From NCBI RefSeq assembly GCF_006345805.1, contig NC_043008.1:67890001-67954000 (forward strand): DNA of 64,000 nt, written 5' to 3'. Within the stretch, counting starts at the first letter, position 1. Each line of letters starts with the position of its first letter. The notes beneath the pieces are model-generated. The model was given only the letters and a program-made list of their open reading frames with translations, searched no databases and was not told where the DNA came from. The DNA comes from Octopus sinensis (Eukaryota). The position numbers and the translations under genes are program-made. Shown one piece after another: positions 24,831 through 36,895 of the stretch.

Positions 24831-25317
24831 TCAAATGCACCACATACCCATACAAGTTTTTTCTCTTGCACATTATGATTAATTCTTCGATAACTTTTTT
24901 TCCTTTCAACCAATCTATGTTCTGATGTTAGTGCACGCTGACATTACGCATCTATCAGAACACGTTCACCTTATTTTTCTAGCCTTCACAACAACCTCCC
25001 TATTTAATGACCAAATATTGTTGCTGTTAAGCAATATCAGACTCTGTATACAAGGTCATAAAACCTATCTCTTACTCAGATAGAAAAAAGATATGTTCCT
25101 AAAATTTTCCAACCAGTTCTTATCCTGAGAACCACTTCATCGCAGCAGCCAAGTTTCTTCGCTGCTGATTTAAGCTACCAGGATAAGAGGCGTTAACTAA
25201 ATTTACTGAAAAAATTCTTCGTGTAAAAGATTTAAGTCGTAAATATCATCATATTAATATGTAATCATACATACATGCCTCAGCCCTACATACATGCATA
25301 TGTGTACGTTTGTGTGC

Positions 25318-25500
<183 letters not shown>

Positions 25501-25528
25501 ACATACATATATACATATCTATATACAT

Positions 25529-25561
<33 letters not shown>

Positions 25562-25650
25562 CATGTATATATACTTATACACACATATGTACATATGTAT
25601 ATTTATATACACATACATAGTATATATATATATGCTATATATATATATAT

Positions 25651-25725
<75 letters not shown>

Positions 25726-26203
25726 GGGTGTTCATCTATAAGTGTGTGTGTTTGTGTGTATGTCTCTGTGTGTGTGTGTGTGTGTGTGGCCACAAGTGTC
25801 CCGTGGGAAAAGGTAGACCTTAAAACAAACGTCTAAGCACGAGGCGCAATGAAAAGGCAATTGTTTTAAGTTGAGGCGTTACCCTATTGTCACAGGCACA
25901 CAGCATGACATTGCCGGCCATGCTGTTTAAGGCTCCATAAGACAGGGTTCCTACCGATTTTGGCCGACACCTCGAAGTAATTAAACCAAATAGAAGTGAA
26001 ACATTGAAATGTATATCTGTATGTGTGTGTGTGTGTGTGTGTGCTCGTGTCTGTAGATGTGCGTATATGTAAATGTCTATATGTATATATTTATATACAA
26101 TTATATAAACATGCACACATATAAGTGTGTGTGTGCGCGCGCGCGTAAGAAAAAGATGACACAAGAGTGTATCGCAATGACTAAGCGATAGATATGTGTG
26201 TGT

Positions 26204-26246
<43 letters not shown>

Positions 26247-26681
26247 AAATACGTTGGTTACATGAAAATTTGTTAGCATCACTGCATCTATGTAAGTCTG
26301 TATGTATGTATGTATGTACGTATGTATGTATGTATGTAAATATGTATGTGTGTGTGTATGAATGAGGGCATGCGTGCATATATGTATGTATGCATGCATG
26401 TATGTATGCATGTATGAATGTATGTATGTGGTTTATGAGAGTATATGTGTTTACACACTCATAATGTAAAAAGTTATGATTAGGTTATATAAATTCTGTA
26501 TAAAAGATTTACAAGTACATCCTAAAACAAAAAGAAAAAGAGATATATATACATACATATATGTATGCATGAATATATATATGTGTGTGTGTGTATTTTG
26601 TTTTTGGATTTGGTTTGCAAGATTCTTGATGTCTGTGCATAAACATACATATATGTGTGTGTGTGTGTGTGTGTGTATAAA

Positions 26682-26927
26682 CAGGGTGGGCCAAAAATAG
26701 GTATACATTTTTTAAATTAACTTATTTATTTTTTTACAGGTACTGTGAATAATGGTGTCGTGCTGTGTGTCGCAGTGATTTGGAAAAGTTTCAAGAATAT
26801 TGCAATGTCGGAGGACATTTCGAGCATTTACGAGATTAAATTGTTTTTAATAAATGTAACTTTAATAGATAAGTGTAAATGTTATTAAAAAAATCTTAAA
26901 ACGTACTCCTACTTTTGGCCTACTCTG
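26682..26927 (+). mobile_element. Tc1/mariner-superfamily deletion derivative (MITE-sized)
   Basis: TIRs CAGGGTGGGCCAAAAATAGG and CCTACTTTTGGCCTACTCTG-TA; internal GGHFEHL-like transposase C-terminus remnant at ~26800-26840. Confidence 0.7.
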
Positions 26928-26964
26928 TATAAAGAAGTAAATGCCTACTAATACAGGCGAGTAG

Positions 26965-27150
26965 AAAGGTGGAGTGTTGGCGGAGTCGCTAGCACAGCGG
27001 TAAAATGCTTAGCAGTGGTTTGTTCATCTTTACGCCATGAGTTCAAATTCTGGCACAGTCGACATTATTTTGGTGGTTGATAAAATAAGAACCAGTTGAG
27101 TACCGGGGTCGATGTAATCGACTTATCCCCTCCCTGGGAACTGCTGGCTA
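26965..27150 (+). mobile_element. SINE family A (B2), highly diverged
   Basis: GCTAGCAC...AAATGCTTAGC...GAGTTCAAATTC...GGGGTCGATGTAATCGACTTATCCCCTCC. Confidence 0.7.
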
Positions 27151-27474
27151 TTTATCAACTTTTGAAACCAATATATACCTGTAAATGCAAATATATCTGT
27201 TGGGCAGATACACATGGTGGTATACCCAAGTACTTAGACTATTGGCTTCAAGCCAGCGACTGTAAATGTAAAAAATAAATGACCCGAAATGAGAGATAAC
27301 TTAGAAGGGCTGTGTTGACCTTAATGACAAATATTACTTGTCACGTTTTGCCATCAAAAGACTCTAGGTTGTCATGTGATGCAAGGAAAGAAAGTGGTAA
27401 AGATGGTAGTGCTGACATTTCTTTGAGAAGCGAACATCAAAGACGAAAGCAATGGATATGAGGTAATATGTCAC

Positions 27475-28010
27475 GCTGGTGAGACCCATATTGGAGTACG
27501 GGATTCAAGCCTCTTCTCCTTATCTCCTCAAAGACATACATCATCTCGAAACAGTCCAGAAGCTGGCTACCCACATGGTTCTTGGTCTCAAGCATTTGTC
27601 TTATGAAGAAAGGCTGAAGACGCTCGACCTTTATTCTCTAGAAAAACGACGACGCCGTGGTGATCTCATTCTTGCTCACAACATCATAAGCGGAAAGTGT
27701 AACCTTTCGAAAGAGCTGTTCTTCACTCCTGCTCCAGAGCGTCGGCTGCGGGGTCACTCCGAAAAGCTCTATCTGCGACGATTTCATCTCAATCGAAGGA
27801 GAGGGGCTTTCTCCGTCCGGGTTGCGGATCCGTGGAATAAGCCGCCGGACGAGATAGTGAAGATGCCGACGACCGCTCGGTTCAAAGTCTCTCTTGACCA
27901 GAAATGGCCTGAACTCTTTGCATGAACACCCTCCCTGTACATAACTCCATGTCCCCCTACATGGCCTTGCTTTTTGTTTTTGAGCCAAAATATTAACTTA
28001 ACTTCACTTA
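27475..28010 (+). pseudogene. CR1-clade LINE, 5'-truncated 3' end with intact frame, 3' UTR and (TAACT)n-like tail
   Basis: VRPILEYG...LSYEERLKTLDLYSLEKRRRRGDLI...FSVRVADPWNK (ORF 27479-27925). Confidence 0.9.
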
Positions 28011-28035
28011 ATATACTTTCCTGTATAAATAAATG

Positions 28036-28410
28036 TTAGGGAATTTATTGGAACCGAGGTTAACTCGATGGTCAAGAGTCTTGGACTAGCTACGAAGGAG
28101 AGAAAAAAAGTTGCTAAAATGTTGTCAGAAACCGCTAAGAAAGCAAGTCTTCTCGTTTGGCTGAAGACACGTGTTGCAGCAAGAACAAGCATATGAGAAT
28201 AGTAGAAAGATCCGGTCCAGAGTCGCAACATTTTTTCTCAACAAAACTCTTGCTGTTGTGCCGGAGTCTTATCACTTACATCCGTGGGCGGGCCCGGGCA
28301 ACTCTACTGTCACAGTGGAAGGGACCGAAACATCTACAAAGCTGCTTTCACTGCCTGATGAGATATCAACTCCAGCGTTGGGAGACGGAATGCGGTAGCA
28401 TCCTCAACAC
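28036..28410 (+). pseudogene. 3' end of an RLE-type non-LTR retrotransposon (HERO/NeSL/R4-like) with 3' UTR
   Basis: REFIGTEVNSMVKSLGLATKERKKVAKMLSETAKKASLLVWLK-stop resembles the C-terminus of restriction-like endonuclease domains (RGF...LG...AE+AS..xW). Confidence 0.55.
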
Positions 28411-29239
28411 ACACCCGCTCTCTTCCTTTCTCCTTTCTCCTTTCTTTCTCTCTCACTCTATTTTCTCCTCTCTCTTTCTCCTTCTTTCTGTCTCTCTTCC
28501 TCTCTAACTCTCGTGTTCTCTCGCTTTCTCTATCTCTCCCTTTCTCCTCCTACTCTCTCGCTCTCCCTCTCCTCTCCCTCCACCTCTCCTTTTCTTCTTT
28601 TGCTATCTCCTCTTTTCCTCTCCTCTCGCTCTCCATCTCCCCCTCTCTCTCACTCTCTCTCTCTCTCCCACACACACACACATACTCACACACACTACTA
28701 CTAATGTTTTCCTGAAGCCAGATCTACCAGAGAACCACATTTGTACATCACATTCCCGGAATATCTAAACTTGCTTACCACTGGCGCCATGCATCTCACT
28801 CCTCTATCGCGTATTCCTTCTCCATTTCAGTATGTACTGACGAGACCATTCCCACTTACGATTTACGGTGCGCCGATAATGCCCTCTCCGACTTGCATTT
28901 CAGGGGGAACCAACAAAGCACACCATGAAAATCTGCTGACTTATCTATGAACTTGAAGTAGGTTAAGTCGTTTTATACCTTCCCCAATGTACTTGTCCTT
29001 GTACTTCGCCAGACGTCTCTGCCGGTCGATGAACATGAGTTTAGGTGGCCCATTGGCAGAGTAGTTAGAGACTTGGATAAATTTAGTTTGTGATTATAGC
29101 TCGGGCATTTTATGCTCTGAGTTCAATTCCTACCAGAGTAAACTTTGCTTTTCAATTTTCTGGATCGGTAATTAAAGTACCAGCTATGTAATGTACATGG
29201 GACGATTCTTCTCTTTCTTCTTTTTTTTTCTGCCATTCT

Positions 29240-29998
29240 TTTTTTTAAGAAAAAATTGGCTGTGGTCAGATGTGAAGATAAATGTGCTCCGTCAAGCCTA
29301 AAAGTGCTGAAGATACGCCGCACGTTGCAACGGTGCTACTGCGATTCCATCAAACAGGTGTGGAATGGAAGTGAGGCAAGAAAATCTTAGCCATCTGCTC
29401 TCCCCACATCGACTACTATGACAAAAATATTTATCTGTTTATATATCTATTTATTTGACTCATTCTCTCTCGTTCCTCCGATCTAATACTGCTTTTCATT
29501 TCTCCTTTTTTCCGTTTTCTCTTCCTTGTTCTCATCCCTACACACCAAATGCCTTCTCTCCCCCACCTTTCACTCTCTCCCTCTTTCTTCTGCCTTTCTT
29601 TCATTATAAAGACTCTATTCCTTTTAGCTACGACTTCTGTTAAGTTTATTCTATTAATATATCATGTCCAATACTATATAAATGGGTGACTTCTACTGTA
29701 TCATTTATATTTTGAAATGTTTTAACTGAAGATGCTATGTAAAAGATGGATTCTTTTTCTCTCTTGCATAATGATCTGAAACACGTGTATTAAATGCATT
29801 GAAAATACTAATATTTGGTTTGACATATATATATATATATATATATATATGAGATGGTTAAATTCAAAATTTTCTTACCTCAACTCTTTGATAGAGTCAT
29901 ACGAGCATTATTGTGACGTACAGCATGCCTTTGGCACTTTTAGACCTGACGGAGCACATTCATCTTCACGTCTGACCACAACCGATTTCTTAAGAAAA
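29240..29998. repeat. Pair of ~65-bp inverted repeats (29240-29307 and 29934-29998)
   Basis: GGCTGTGGTCAGATGTGAAGATAAATGTGCTCCGTCAAGCC versus the reverse complement of GACCTGACGGAGCACATTCATCTTCACGTCTGACCACAACC. Confidence 0.75.
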
Positions 29999-30077
29999 GA
30001 GAATACAAGCACAAAAAAAGGAGAGACAGGCGAAACTTGAAGTAGCACGGAACCGAATCAACCTGTTTTAAATTATA

Positions 30078-30122
<45 letters not shown>

Positions 30123-30214
30123 GTACTGATGCATGATGGAAAATTTAACCAAAAGTACTCCATCTGGTGTGAGATAGATAATATTTATTTAAAGGTCACA
30201 GTAGATATATTAAA

Positions 30215-30267
30215 GCGCTACTAATAGTTTCATATGCTGAGAAAACTCAAACCTATCCTTCAGACGC
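30215..30267 (-). ncRNA. Degenerate hammerhead-like motif in a probable PLE terminus
   Basis: Minus strand GCGT-CTGAAGGA...ATAT-GAAA-CTATTAG-TA-GCGC; near-palindromic ACTATTAGT stem III; core and stem II damaged. Confidence 0.35.
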
Positions 30268-30479
30268 AAATGACATATCATAACGAAATTGAATATGAGA
30301 AGAAAGGCGAAAAAAAAACTGAGAAGGCAGCATATAGAAAACACAGACAGTAAACAACGGAAAACGAAAAACAGAAAACAGGAAACGAAAAACTAAAATG
30401 TAAAAAATATGATAATGCTGCAGTCTGTGATCTTGTAGATTTATTTACATTAAACACATTGAGATATAGATACCCATCT

Positions 30480-31069
30480 CATGACGTTGACCTATACGGT
30501 TTGGGTATTTTCCATCTGTGATGGTCACACTCTTGTTGAGGTTCAGCGTCTTGCTTAGCCTCTCGAACATATCAGTGGAGTGGCAGCATGTTGGCTACGA
30601 ACAGGTCCACAGTCCTTTGATCCAGCAGCCTGGGGTATGCCACTGTCTGTAACAGTAATGCCAAAGGACTCGGCATTAGTTTGCTGGCGTGCTTCTTTGC
30701 CAGAGGGAAGTGAAAACAGACTCGATAATTCCGAAGCGCTGTTGGAACCAGAAGAAGACCTCTTCTTGATTTTCCCACGAAATGAACCTGCCTTGACCTT
30801 CTCAAACTGCATGAATTTGGCTGGATGGGTCCTCTTGATGCGCTGCTTGAGATTGTTGAGGCTTGTCATGTGCCCCTTTAATGGCACAGCCCTGGGCAGG
30901 CACAGCTTGTAGTTGAGAATCAGCTTGTCTCCTTCCCGTGGCTTGATCAAGAAGTAGTCGTCCAGGTGGAGCCAGGGGTTCTGAGCTTGTTCTTGCTGAG
31001 GTCCAGTGGCACTGGCAGTTTCAACTTTGACGATGTCAACAGATTCAAGCTTTTGAGATTCCATCAACT
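30480..31069 (-). pseudogene. hAT (Tol2-like) transposase N-terminal fragment with BED zinc finger
   Basis: NPWLHLDDYF...YKLCLP...TSLNNLKQRIKRTHP parallels Tol2 HPWPYLREFF...CVLCLP...SSPSNLRKHIERMHP (from memory); continues after a frameshift as RLLDQRTVDLFVANMLPLH. Confidence 0.75.
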
Positions 31070-31205
31070 AAAATCTTAAGCAATATAAATATTTGAAACT
31101 ATTATAAAACATGTGGATGATTAACAAATCAGATCTTACAATATCGAAAATATAATTTGGCTCTGCAAATATTAGAATATCAAAGGAATGTACGCAAATG
31201 TTTAA

Positions 31206-31607
31206 TCTTTATATATAAAACTGAAGTTGTGTGTCTGTCTCCTACGATTTAGATTCCTAACTACTCCCACATTTTGCGGTGCAGTGTAACCAAAAGCGGG
31301 TATCTTATAGTCGTGATTCATATCGAGCCCTTCTGGGTATTAGCGCGCGTCTACGATGAGTCTACGATTTAAAAAAAAAATTACCATCATTTTTTCCCAT
31401 TTTTTAATGCATTTTTTTTTTTGCTATTATATAAAGGAAGTAACTCTCTAAAATGTATTATTAAATCTCAGAACGTAAAAAGCTAGAGTAACACCCCCCC
31501 CCTTTGTGGTTAGCCATATTGAGATGGCTATTATACTTTACATCTCTAAAAATGCTTATATAGTTATTTCCCTTACAAACCCGAGCAACGCCGGGCGATA
31601 CTGCTAG
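31206..31607 (+). mobile_element. Non-autonomous Helitron, complete
   Basis: Inserted between A and T; 5' TCTTTATATATAAAA; 3' hairpin CCCGAGCAACGCCGGG followed by CTAG at 31604-31607; no TSD. Confidence 0.85.
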
Positions 31608-32286
31608 TATTTTATAATAATGAAACTTGACTTATTTATTTTCTTTCGATTAATACAAATGGTATCACTATAATAACAGATACTCAAGTTGTAACCGTAA
31701 TAGCTCTTCAGTGTGAAGTGAATCCTCTTTCTACGGGTACTTTCTTTTTATACATAGCGCTGTGTAGCGTGCAATGATGCAGTATCTTATTTGTTTATTA
31801 AAGAAACTTTATATGATCCGTTAAAAGAAAATAATTGCTTAAATATCGAATACATAATGTATCATTTTGAACTCACAATTCGAAGTTTAATTGAAGTTAT
31901 TTATAATAATAAGTGGCGTTAAAGATTTTTACAGTACCAATGATGGATTGGATCTGTAGTTTTCGAATTAGCTTTCTCCTTTCTGGTTTTGAGGAGCCTA
32001 ATTGCTACAGGTGCCATTGTAAGATATATTTTCATCAACCTCTAGATACCTGTAACATTCCTCTTCAGATATAGGAGAAACAGTCAAATCATTGATGAAG
32101 ATGTTACTAGTTTCGTTTATAGTTTTCACCCTTTTCACAGCCATACAACAACATTTATCCTGACCAAATTCCAACCCTACATCCTCTGAGAATGTAACAA
32201 GGGCAAGGCTCTTTTCATCTCATGCATATTCTTTGCGTAATGTTTCAAGTCATCCACAAAGAAACAGTGTGTAATTTTGGTATTTT

Positions 32287-32656
32287 GCTTACCAACCACA
32301 TGGTTCCGGGTTTAGTCCCACTGCGTAGCACCTTGGGCAAGTGGCTTCTACTATAGCCTCGGGCCGATTAAAGCCTTGCGAGTGGATTTGGTAGACGGAC
32401 ACTGAAAAAAGCTCGTCGTATATATGTGTATATATGTATATGCATGTGTATGTATGTGTTTGTCCCTCCAACATCGCTTGACAACCGATGCTGCTGTGTT
32501 CACATCCCCGTAACTTAGCGGCTCGGCAAAAAAAACGATAGAATAATTACTAAGCTTACAAAGAATAAGTCCTGGGGTCGATTTGCTCGACTAAAGGCGG
32601 TGCTCCAGCATGGCCACAGTCAAATGACTGAAACAAGTAAAAGAGTAAAAAGAGTA
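32287..32656 (+). mobile_element. SINE family B, slightly 5'-truncated
   Basis: Same body and tail as 12531. Confidence 0.9.
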
Positions 32657-32876
32657 TACATATACACATACATATACACATAATACATACATACATACAT
32701 ACATACATACATACATACATACATACATACATACATGCATGAATGCATACATACATACATGCATGAATGCACATATACATACAAACGCGCACGCACGCGC
32801 ATGTACACGTATACACATACACACATTATATGTGTGAGAATGAGAACTGAACACCACATTTGGCGGGTAAAACATT

Positions 32877-33061
32877 TGTGAATTAACAATGCTGCCAATG
32901 GTTTCATGCGAGAAGAATTTCCACAATTTTCAAGCGACCCGCTTAAAAAATTGATAACCGCCTCCGTCCAATATAGAGTCGATTACCAACATAAAGTGGG
33001 TCGCTTGAAAATTTGGGAAATTCTCTCTACATAAAACCATTGGTAGCATTGTTTATTCACA
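32877..33061. repeat. Small foldback element (~67-bp arms, ~50-bp loop)
   Basis: GTGAATTAACAATGCTGCCAATGGTTT...TTTTCAAGCGACCCGCTT pairs with AAGTGGGTCGCTTGAAAA...AAACCATTGGTAGCATTGTTTATTCAC. Confidence 0.8.
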
Positions 33062-33589
33062 TGAAAATTAAGCTTCGATAGAATATGTATCAAATCTTTG
33101 ATTAATTAATATGGAAACGATCTAAATTTTGAAAAAAGTATTTTAATTACTAGTTAATCAGCTCACATAGTATAGAATCTCTTGAGTAATTTAACCAAAT
33201 AGCTTATTAATAAAGGGGTTTATTTAGGTAACCCTTGCACATATGTTTCTATAAAAGATATTTGAAAAGTATCTTAAAATAAATATTTAAAAACATATCG
33301 TTTCCTCAACAGCTGAAATCTAAACACCAGGTTGTTTCAAAAGTTATTTTAGATTTTCACAGAGGATTTTTGACAACTTATTAATACATCCGTGTAACAT
33401 CATTAATTCGATACAACTTGTTGCTGAATTATTCTTTATTTTCATACATAACATAAATCTCATTCACCAAGTGCCACATATTAGAAAATATTTCAAGTAG
33501 CAAAAGTGTAACAAAGCTAACGGCAGTACTCCAGAATGGCCGCAGCTCTTGAGCTGAAACCAAAAAAGAAAGAAAAATTAACACTAATT

Positions 33590-34410
33590 GTTTATTCTTC
33601 ATTTTGCAACTTTGATAATAAGTGGTGAAAACATTGCAATTAGAGCCATTTTACGCTACCGTTTAAAAGGTTTGAGTTTAAGAACAACGGGAAAAGAAAT
33701 TAACGATGCGCAGGTTCCAAGAGCTGGCTACAAACGTGACACTAAACTGGTTTACATGTTTCAAGACAGGTGACACCAGCCTCCAACACAAACCAAGGTC
33801 AAGGGAACCTTCTGTTGTAGATGATGAGGCTTTGCTTCAAATAGTTCAACAACAGCCAAGCACAAGAACGTGTACATTGTCGGCAAAACTTGGTCCTTCA
33901 CAGAGCACCATCAACCGACACCTCCATAAGCTTGACCTTGAGAACAGACGCTGTCGAGAAGCTTCTCGTGAACCAGGCTCAACGACATGTGAACCAATAA
34001 CCAGGCTCAACGACATGTGAACATTTGCAAGCAACTGCTGGCAAATTCTCGAGATGCCTACTTTCGGCTTCTGATTATAACTGGGAATGAAAAATGGATA
34101 TATTTCTGTGATCCTAATAAGAGAAATCATTGTCTTCGTTCCGGCCAGGATTCAGAACCAGTTGGAATTTCGAGTTGGCGTTGCACTTTGAATTTGACCC
34201 AAGCCGTCATGCTGCCAATGTTAACTTTTCATGATCAACAACTACACAGCAAGTGTATGATGCTTTGAAACCCCACTACCTGACATTGGTCAATCGAAGA
34301 CGCGCATTCCATCACAATTCCCCTGCACACACTTATAATGTGACCAAGTGCAAAGTTGAAGGGCTGGAAGTATTGCTTTACTCTGCCTACAGTCAAGACC
34401 TTGCATCATC
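33590..34410 (+). pseudogene. Mariner transposase remnant
   Basis: PSVVDDEALLQIV...STINRHLHKL (HTH) and IITGNEKWIYF (first catalytic D motif); many frameshifts; 24-bp tandem duplication at 33971-34022. Confidence 0.85.
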
Positions 34411-34836
34411 ATAGAACTGTTAGTAGCTCGTTCATAATTGCGTATTAAATAGATATTTATCTCTCACGAGTGCGCATGCGCAAGGACCAGACAAATTATT
34501 TATTAGAGTACTATATATATATATGCAAATGTTTTATTGAAACTCAAAAAATTTTCACAAAATATGACTCCACCAAATATTCACTCATGTCAGATGGTCG
34601 ATTATGAGGAACCCGGTATTACTCAGCTTCAATAAAGCATAACATTCAACTCTCCCTTTTGTATTCGAGCACTATTTCACCCCCTTGTTTTGCACCTATG
34701 TGCAGGCACGTGTCAATATTTTCAATATACCTGTATTTTATGTATGCATGTATGTATAACTGTATGTATATGTATACACATATGTATGTGTGTGCGTGTG
34801 TACGTATGTGTATATATATATATATATATGTGTGTG

Positions 34837-34867
<31 letters not shown>

Positions 34868-35220
34868 ATGTATATGTATGTGTATGTATGTATATGTATA
34901 TATATATATAGGTTACAGGGTACAGTAGACGAGAAGGTTTATAGTATCAAAGTCGTGGGGAGAGGGTGAAGTAGTAGATTGTACGTAACCATTTAATTTG
35001 TCTGAGTTCCATCAAATATGACGACCAAAACGACTCTGACGATGTTAATGGTGATGATGATGAGGAAGATAATGAAGAGAGGGTGGAGAAGGAGGCAGAA
35101 GAGGAGGATAAAGAAAGACTATCAGTGTTACTTACCACTGCACCCAGTGACCTACAAGGGTAAACATATCAAAAACCTGATGCCTGTATTAATATTACGC
35201 TAAGCACACACACTCACACA

Positions 35221-35256
<36 letters not shown>

Positions 35257-35669
35257 AAGCCATACAAATTACATGGTAATCTGACACCAATAACATACAT
35301 TACTTTTAAGATAAACAAACCCGCCTACATATCTATATTCGCACGCTTGCACAAACACGCACACATACACAGGCACACACAAACACACACACACATACAC
35401 ACGTATACAAACATTTTGGACGGTAATTTGTATTTTAGTGTTTTTGTTAGGATTTATTTTACTCCCTTTTTCTTTTTTTTTTAGTGTTATATACTAATAT
35501 ACTATGTACATTTCTCTTCTTTTAATGTTTACCGTATAAACATCCCTTTTTTATCTATCATTCTATTATATATAAACCCCAACACTTTATGTCTGTTTAT
35601 GTATTGTCCCCCTCATTCTTTGCCCTGGAGGCAAATAAAACAAATTATTATTATTATTATTGTTGTTAA

Positions 35670-36060
35670 AGCGGCGAGCTGGCAGAATCGTTAGCACGCC
35701 GGGCGAAATGCGTAGCCGTATTTCCTCTGCCGTTACGTTCTGAGTTCAAATTCCGCCGAGGTCGACTTTGCCTTTCATCCTTTCGGGGTCGATTAAATAA
35801 GTACTAGTTATGCACTGGAGTCGATGTAATCGACTAAATCCGTTTGTCTGTCCTTGTTTGTCCCCTCTGTGTTTAGCTCCTTGTGGGTAGTAAAGAAATA
35901 GGTATTTCGTCCATCTTTACATTCTTCTGGGTTCAAATTCTGCTGAGGTTGACTTTGCCATTCATCCTTTCGGGGTCGATAAGTTGAGTACTGGAGTCGA
36001 TGTAATCGACTGTCCCCTCCTCCAAATTTCAGGCCTCGTGTCTATAATAGAAAGGATTAG
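35670..36060 (+). mobile_element. SINE family A dimer: head + B1 + B2
   Basis: B1 tail AAAGAAATA joined directly to GGTATTTCGTC at ~35900, then a B2 body and tail. Confidence 0.85.
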
Positions 36061-36077
36061 TAGTAGTAGTAGTAGTA

Positions 36078-36295
36078 AGCTGACAGAATCGTTAGCACGC
36101 CGGAAAAAATGCTTAGAGGCATTTCATCCGTGTTTACATTCTGAGTTCAAATTCCGCCGACGTCGATTTTGCCTTTCATCCTTCGAGGTCGATAAAATAA
36201 GTACCAGTTACGTACTGGAGTCGATGTAATCGCTTTAGTTCCTCTTCTGAGCTTACTGGCCTTGTGCCAAAATTTGAAACATTATTATTTTTATT
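36078..36295 (+). mobile_element. SINE family A (head + B2)
   Basis: AAGCTGACAGAATCGTTAGCACGCC...GGCCTTGTGCCAAAATTTGAAAC. Confidence 0.85.
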
Positions 36296-36298
36296 ATT

Positions 36299-36860
36299 GA
36301 GTGACAGAGCAGTGCATGCCAACAAAGTGACACTGGGGTAAAATATACGAAGCCCAGTATACCCATCATGACTACCCGTCTGATAAGAGTACACTAGGCA
36401 CGTGCATCACAACCATATGTGCGCGACATGGTGATCTCATATCAAGATAAACAGTACATGATCTTGCAGGTGGGGCCCAGTTAGAATTTTCTTCTGGTCG
36501 AGTAACCCATCCTGCTCAAAAGGTCCCTGAATAAGGGTTGTTTAAGGATGTTGAACGAAACACCCATATTTCCAGAGTTGAATTATTAAAACCCCAAAGA
36601 ATCCTTCTCAACACATGGCTATGATTCTCCCCCACTACCTCTGCTCGTGATCAGAGATGTACATATTGTCAGCCACTAAGGGACATGGTCAACTGGTTAT
36701 GGTCAAACAACTGAGAAGCAAATCTGTGGTATTGAGCAGAATATTTGCTGTAGCCCATCTTTTATACCAAGACAAAACAATGTACATGATAACACTTCCA
36801 ATCAGTTAAGATCAGAAGCCATGAGAGCCACTGTCTGGTACTTCATCAGGGCATGTTATT
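36299..36860 (-). mobile_element. Unclassified retroposed repeat flanked on both sides by (ATT)n
   Basis: About 560 bp of mixed-composition sequence between ATT-type microsatellites; no ORF. Classification is an inference. Confidence 0.4.

Positions 36861-36895
<35 letters not shown>

Noticed and set aside
28310-28405. GAAA and CTGATGA words in the 3' UTR of the RLE-type LINE
   Set aside because: One parse needs GGAA in place of GAAA and lacks stem I; the other lacks stem II.
30555-31067. 170-aa ORF as an intact host gene
   Set aside because: Transposase homology continues in another frame and two zinc ligands are mutated; treated as a transposon remnant.
36840-36860. Minus-strand CTGATGA at the start of the (ATT)-flanked repeat, and a possible HDV-like ribozyme
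   Set aside because: No matching GAAA or stem II, and I could not build the HDV double pseudoknot by eye.
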